This document shows, one piece after another, positions 28,657 to 32,000 of a DNA stretch of 32,000 nt (the first letter of the stretch is position 1; each line of letters opens with the position of its first letter). The stretch spans positions 1,440,001 through 1,472,000 of the forward strand of contig NC_014408.1 of the NCBI RefSeq assembly GCF_000145295.1, read 5' to 3'. This DNA comes from Methanothermobacter marburgensis str. Marburg (GTDB lineage: Archaea > Methanobacteriota > Methanobacteria > Methanobacteriales > Methanothermobacteraceae). Both the position numbers and the translations under genes were made by a program. The notes below the pieces were generated by a model, which did no database searches, had not been told where the DNA came from, and saw only the letters and a list, made by a program, of their open reading frames with translations.

Positions 28657-29664
28657 TCACTGGTTCTCCTCAGCAGCTGATTCTCCAAGCCGGTAGGCCT
28701 CAAGGGCCGCGTAGGCAAGCCCCAGGACCAGTGGCCCCACTATGAACCCGGCAACACCCCATACGACCGGGCCCCCAAGGAAACCCACAAGGAATATCAT
28801 GGGGTGTATATCAGCATACTTACCTGAAAGCTTTGGCCGGAGGTATATGTCGATTGTGCTGAGGAATATCCCGAATATGAGGACCAGAACCCCCCTGAGG
28901 ATATTCCCGGTCACCAAGTCATAGATGGCAAGGGGGGTGTAGGCAGCCCATGGACCTATAACCGGTATGAGCTGAAATATCCCGGTTATTATACCGAGGA
29001 CTATGGCGTAGGGGTAGCCCAGGAGGTGAAAGCCGAGCCCCGCCATGATGCCTATGAGGAGCGCTGTGAGGAAGTGGCCATAGAATATGCTCATGAGCAC
29101 ACGTTCTGTCTCAGAGGCCATCCTCCTCATGAAGGGCTTGGCTTCAGTGGGTATGATGCCCCTTATATATGAAAGGAGCCTTTCACCATCCCTTGCAAAG
29201 TAGAATGTTGATGAGAGGAATATGAAGAGCTGCAGGGCTATCATGGGGACTGACTGTATCACATCAATCACATAGTTGATGGATCCTCTCAGTATGTCGG
29301 TTAAAATACCCCTCAAAGCCCCCAGGGTGCCCCCGGAACTCTGGAGCTGTCCCGGAAGGTAGGGGATATCAAAGCCCCTTGCAAGGGTTATGAGTGAGGG
29401 GGTGGAGTTTATGAGGGAATCCACGGTAAAAACCACTATACCAATAAGGGGCATTATAACAACGATCATGGCGATGATTATTGAGACCGAGAGGTAGGGT
29501 ATCCTCTCATTTATCCTTAAAGCCACCGGCCTTACAATGTAGGCGAACACAGCCCCCAGGAAGAGCATGGTCCAGATGGGATAGATTACAATGGCCGATA
29601 GAAGTATCAGTGCAAGTACAAGGAATGAAGCAGATGTGATGGTGCCCCTGAGCCTCTCAATCAT
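28657..29664 (-). CDS. AI-2E family transporter (PerM/UPF0118-type permease)
   Basis: 335-aa polytopic membrane protein with the family's typical layout and the C-terminal 'RPKL.G....HP....L..LGG....G..G...GP' region. Confidence 0.8.
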   Translation of the reverse strand: MIERLRGTITSASFLVLALILLSAIVIYPIWTMLFLGAVFAYIVRPVALRINERIPYLSVSIIIAMIVVIMPLIGIVVFTVDSLINSTPSLITLARGFDIPYLPGQLQSSGGTLGALRGILTDILRGSINYVIDVIQSVPMIALQLFIFLSSTFYFARDGERLLSYIRGIIPTEAKPFMRRMASETERVLMSIFYGHFLTALLIGIMAGLGFHLLGYPYAIVLGIITGIFQLIPVIGPWAAYTPLAIYDLVTGNILRGVLVLIFGIFLSTIDIYLRPKLSGKYADIHPMIFLVGFLGGPVVWGVAGFIVGPLVLGLAYAALEAYRLGESAAEENQ

Positions 29665-29676
29665 GAAACCACCACA

Positions 29677-30471
29677 TTACCAGCTGATTCTCCGGCCGGC
29701 AGCGTCCCTCCTGTACCTGCCAAATTCACCGACACCCCGTAATTCATGGTCCCAGAAGACAGGACCCTCGGCACAGACCCTCCACCCTGTCCCGTCGACG
29801 CAGCACTGGCCGCAGATACCCACGGCACACTTCATGTACCTCTCAAGGGAAAACTGGGTCGGTATCCCCCTCTCATCAAGCACCGCCTTCACATGGAACA
29901 TCATGGGTTCTGGACCGCACACAGCCGCCATGTCATATTCTCCATCCATTTCAGAAAGGCGTTCATGTGCAAATCCCTGAAACCCGCAGGTTCCATCATC
30001 TGTACATGTATGGATATTAACACCTGCATTCTCAAGCCTCTCTGTGAAGAGAAGCTCATCTGATGTCCTTGCAGCCACAACCGCATCCACATTCATGCCC
30101 CGTGCCACAGCCTCCTCTGCAAGGGCTGCAAGGGGTGCCATACCTATCCCGCCGCCCACAAGGATCAGGTTTCTTCCCATGAGTTCAAAACCCCTTCCAT
30201 AGGGTCCCCTGACCCCCAGGAGGTCTCCCTCGTCCAGTTCATGGACCGCTGATGTGAATTCACCAACCCTCCTTATGGATATGCCGATCTCAGACCTCTT
30301 ATGGTCAATGAGTGAGACTGACATGGGTTTCTCGTCGCTGAAATTCCAGACCATGACGAACTGTCCGGGCACTATTTCCCTCCTGAAGTCCCAGTCAAAT
30401 ATGAATGTCCTGACGGTCTCAGATTCCTCAACTATACCCTTAATTTCAAGAAGCTCTGGAACATTTCCCAT
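29677..30471 (-). CDS. pyrK: Dihydroorotate dehydrogenase electron-transfer subunit (FAD / 2Fe-2S)
   Basis: FNR-like fold with a C-terminal cluster motif 'CAVGICGQCCVDG...RVCAEGPVF'. ATG 30471 sits just after the pyrD stop with GAGGGGGTG upstream, and the longer ORF to 30513 is unlikely. Confidence 0.9.
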   Translation of the reverse strand: MGNVPELLEIKGIVEESETVRTFIFDWDFRREIVPGQFVMVWNFSDEKPMSVSLIDHKRSEIGISIRRVGEFTSAVHELDEGDLLGVRGPYGRGFELMGRNLILVGGGIGMAPLAALAEEAVARGMNVDAVVAARTSDELLFTERLENAGVNIHTCTDDGTCGFQGFAHERLSEMDGEYDMAAVCGPEPMMFHVKAVLDERGIPTQFSLERYMKCAVGICGQCCVDGTGWRVCAEGPVFWDHELRGVGEFGRYRRDAAGRRISW

Positions 30472-30475
30472 GAAA

Positions 30476-31384
30476 TCACACCCCCTCATGGGCCAGTCCA
30501 ACCATCTCATCAACCGATGAGAAGCCCTCCTCGATCATGAACCTTTCAAGGCCCCTGCATATCCCCATGAAGATCTCGGGGCCATCATACATTATGGCTG
30601 TACCCACCTGAACGGCCACTGCACCTGCAAAGAGAAATTCAACCGCGTCTCTGAAGTCCCTGACGCCACCGGCGCCAATTATTGGGATCTCAACACTGCG
30701 GTAAACATCATAGACGCACCTTACAGCCACGGGTTTTATGGCGGGACCAGACATTCCCCCAAAGGCATTGGAGAGTACAGGTTTTGCTGTTTTTATATCG
30801 ATCTTCATCCCGGGACCAAGGGAGTTTATGAGGGTCAGGGCATCTGAACCTGCATCCTCTGCGCTTTTTGCTATCTCAACGATGTCTGTAACGTTTGGTG
30901 TGAGCTTGGTGGATACCGGCACGCCCACAGCATCCTTTACAGCCGATACCACCCTGAATGTCAGCCCGGCATCCTGTCCTATGGAAGCCCCGCAACCCGC
31001 CATGGCGTGGGGACAGGACACGTTGAGTTCGATCATGTCCACGTAGTCCTCCACTGAAGCCGCCACCCTGGCAAATTCCTCCGGTGAAGACCCGTAGATG
31101 GATGCTATGAGGGGCACATCATCATCCACCCCCCTGAGCTCCTCTTTAAATGCCTCAACTCCAGGATTTGATAGGCCTATGGCATTTATGATCCCGCCGG
31201 TAACCTCCACTGTGGTGGGATTTTTATAGCCCTCATTGGGTTCCAGTGAAAAGGATTTGGTTACAACGGCCCCTGCACCTGCACGGTAGACCCTGTTGAG
31301 GGATGAAGCCATGCTCCCCATAACTCCCGCAGCAAGCATGGTTGGATTCCTGAGCTCAATATTACATATCCTGGTCCTCAGCAT
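30476..31384 (-). CDS. pyrD: Dihydroorotate dehydrogenase catalytic subunit (class 1B)
   Basis: 'NPTMLAAGV', 'ELNVSCPH', 'GGMSGPAIKP' and 'IIGAGGV' are canonical PyrD motifs. ATG 31384 follows GGTG, and GTG 31393 is an alternative start. Confidence 0.95.
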   Translation of the reverse strand: MLRTRICNIELRNPTMLAAGVMGSMASSLNRVYRAGAGAVVTKSFSLEPNEGYKNPTTVEVTGGIINAIGLSNPGVEAFKEELRGVDDDVPLIASIYGSSPEEFARVAASVEDYVDMIELNVSCPHAMAGCGASIGQDAGLTFRVVSAVKDAVGVPVSTKLTPNVTDIVEIAKSAEDAGSDALTLINSLGPGMKIDIKTAKPVLSNAFGGMSGPAIKPVAVRCVYDVYRSVEIPIIGAGGVRDFRDAVEFLFAGAVAVQVGTAIMYDGPEIFMGICRGLERFMIEEGFSSVDEMVGLAHEGV

Positions 31385-31435
31385 GAAAAACACCTTCTAA
31401 ATATATTTATAGTCACCACCTATAGATGTACCCCT

Positions 31436-32000
31436 ATGAAGTGTTATCTCACAGGCTGCGTTGCTGGTTTTGTTGCCTTCAGTGAAGATCTGAAAGTCAT
31501 AGATTATGAAACTTTCCCGCTGGATGATGTGGCCAGCAGGCTCAGCGAATCACAGATGGGAGGTATCACACCTGAGGAGAGGAGGATACTTGAAAGGCTC
31601 CTTGGTGAATACGATGAGGTTGTTGTTGAGGCTGAACCATCCCCTGCATACTCTGAATTTGGTAAAATCAGGTTTGAAATGCCATCAGCCGCCGGAGTCC
31701 ATCTGAGGGAGAACCTCGATGAGATACTGGAATCAATCACTGATATCCCCCCATCCAGATTCATACACAGCGCCCTCATCTCGGCAACCCGGGAAAAACT
31801 GAGGGAGTCCCTCAGGGAATCTGACAGGTTCCTCATACAGGCCATAAATGCCCTTGATGAACTGGACGAGGAGATCGGGAAACTGATAGAGAGGCTGAGG
31901 GAGTGGTATTCCCTTCACTTCCCTGAACTGGATGGTGTGAGGAGCCATGAGCAGTACGTTGAGCTGGTTGCCAGGTACGGTGACCGGGACAGGATACTTG
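31436..32000 (+). CDS. nop5: Nop5 (Nop56/58 homologue, C/D box sRNP core protein), 5-prime partial, runs off the window
   Basis: Not in the supplied ORF track, because it has no stop in the window. My translation from ATG 31436: 'MKCYLTGCVAGFVAFSEDLKVIDYETFP...SDRFLIQAINALDELDEEIGKLIERLREWYSLHFPELDGV...'. 'LREWYSLHFPEL' is the Nop-domain signature region. The listed antisense 113-aa ORF is shadow. Confidence 0.9.
   Translation, partial: MKCYLTGCVAGFVAFSEDLKVIDYETFPLDDVASRLSESQMGGITPEERRILERLLGEYDEVVVEAEPSPAYSEFGKIRFEMPSAAGVHLRENLDEILESITDIPPSRFIHSALISATREKLRESLRESDRFLIQAINALDELDEEIGKLIERLREWYSLHFPELDGVRSHEQYVELVARYGDRDRIL

Overview
This window looks like a chromosomal segment of a Methanothermobacter-like methanogen (Methanobacteriales). 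It carries coenzyme M genes (comC, comD, comE), F420 (cofG) and methanopterin (mptA) biosynthesis genes, the archaeal purine gene purP, the proteasome beta subunit, aCPSF1, a Nop5 fragment, and a family B DNA polymerase ORF that stops right after the YxDTD motif. That stop is the split polB known from M. thermautotrophicus. About 24 kb (103-20710 and 28657-32000) is ordinary, densely packed core genome of roughly 50% GC with short T-tract terminators, GGAGGTG-type ribosome binding sites, and several TTG or GTG starts.

The exception is an accessory island of about 8 kb (20711-28656) between polB1 and an AI-2E-family transporter, with AT-rich non-coding flanks and a different codon flavour. It encodes an 839-aa secreted protein with pseudomurein-binding-like repeats, a PKD domain, many N-glycosylation sequons and a hydrophobic C-terminal region. 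Downstream lies a direct-orientation array of partial copies of that gene's C-terminal region. The 5-prime junction block occurs twice and the extreme 3-prime tail three times, interleaved with small multi-TM ORFs and two pairs in which a divergent C-terminal fragment is translationally coupled to a TPR protein.

This resembles an expression locus with silent or orphan cassettes, as in CDI/Rhs orphan toxin-immunity modules or pilE/pilS. I flag it as the candidate novel system, but the function is inference only.

Other notable points:
- a frameshifted DUF4013 gene
- a 49-bp tandem repeat upstream of trm1
- a perfect 180-bp duplication inside a TPR gene
- a decayed ORF in the island's left flank

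I recognised no tRNA, rRNA, CRISPR array, integrase or transposase.
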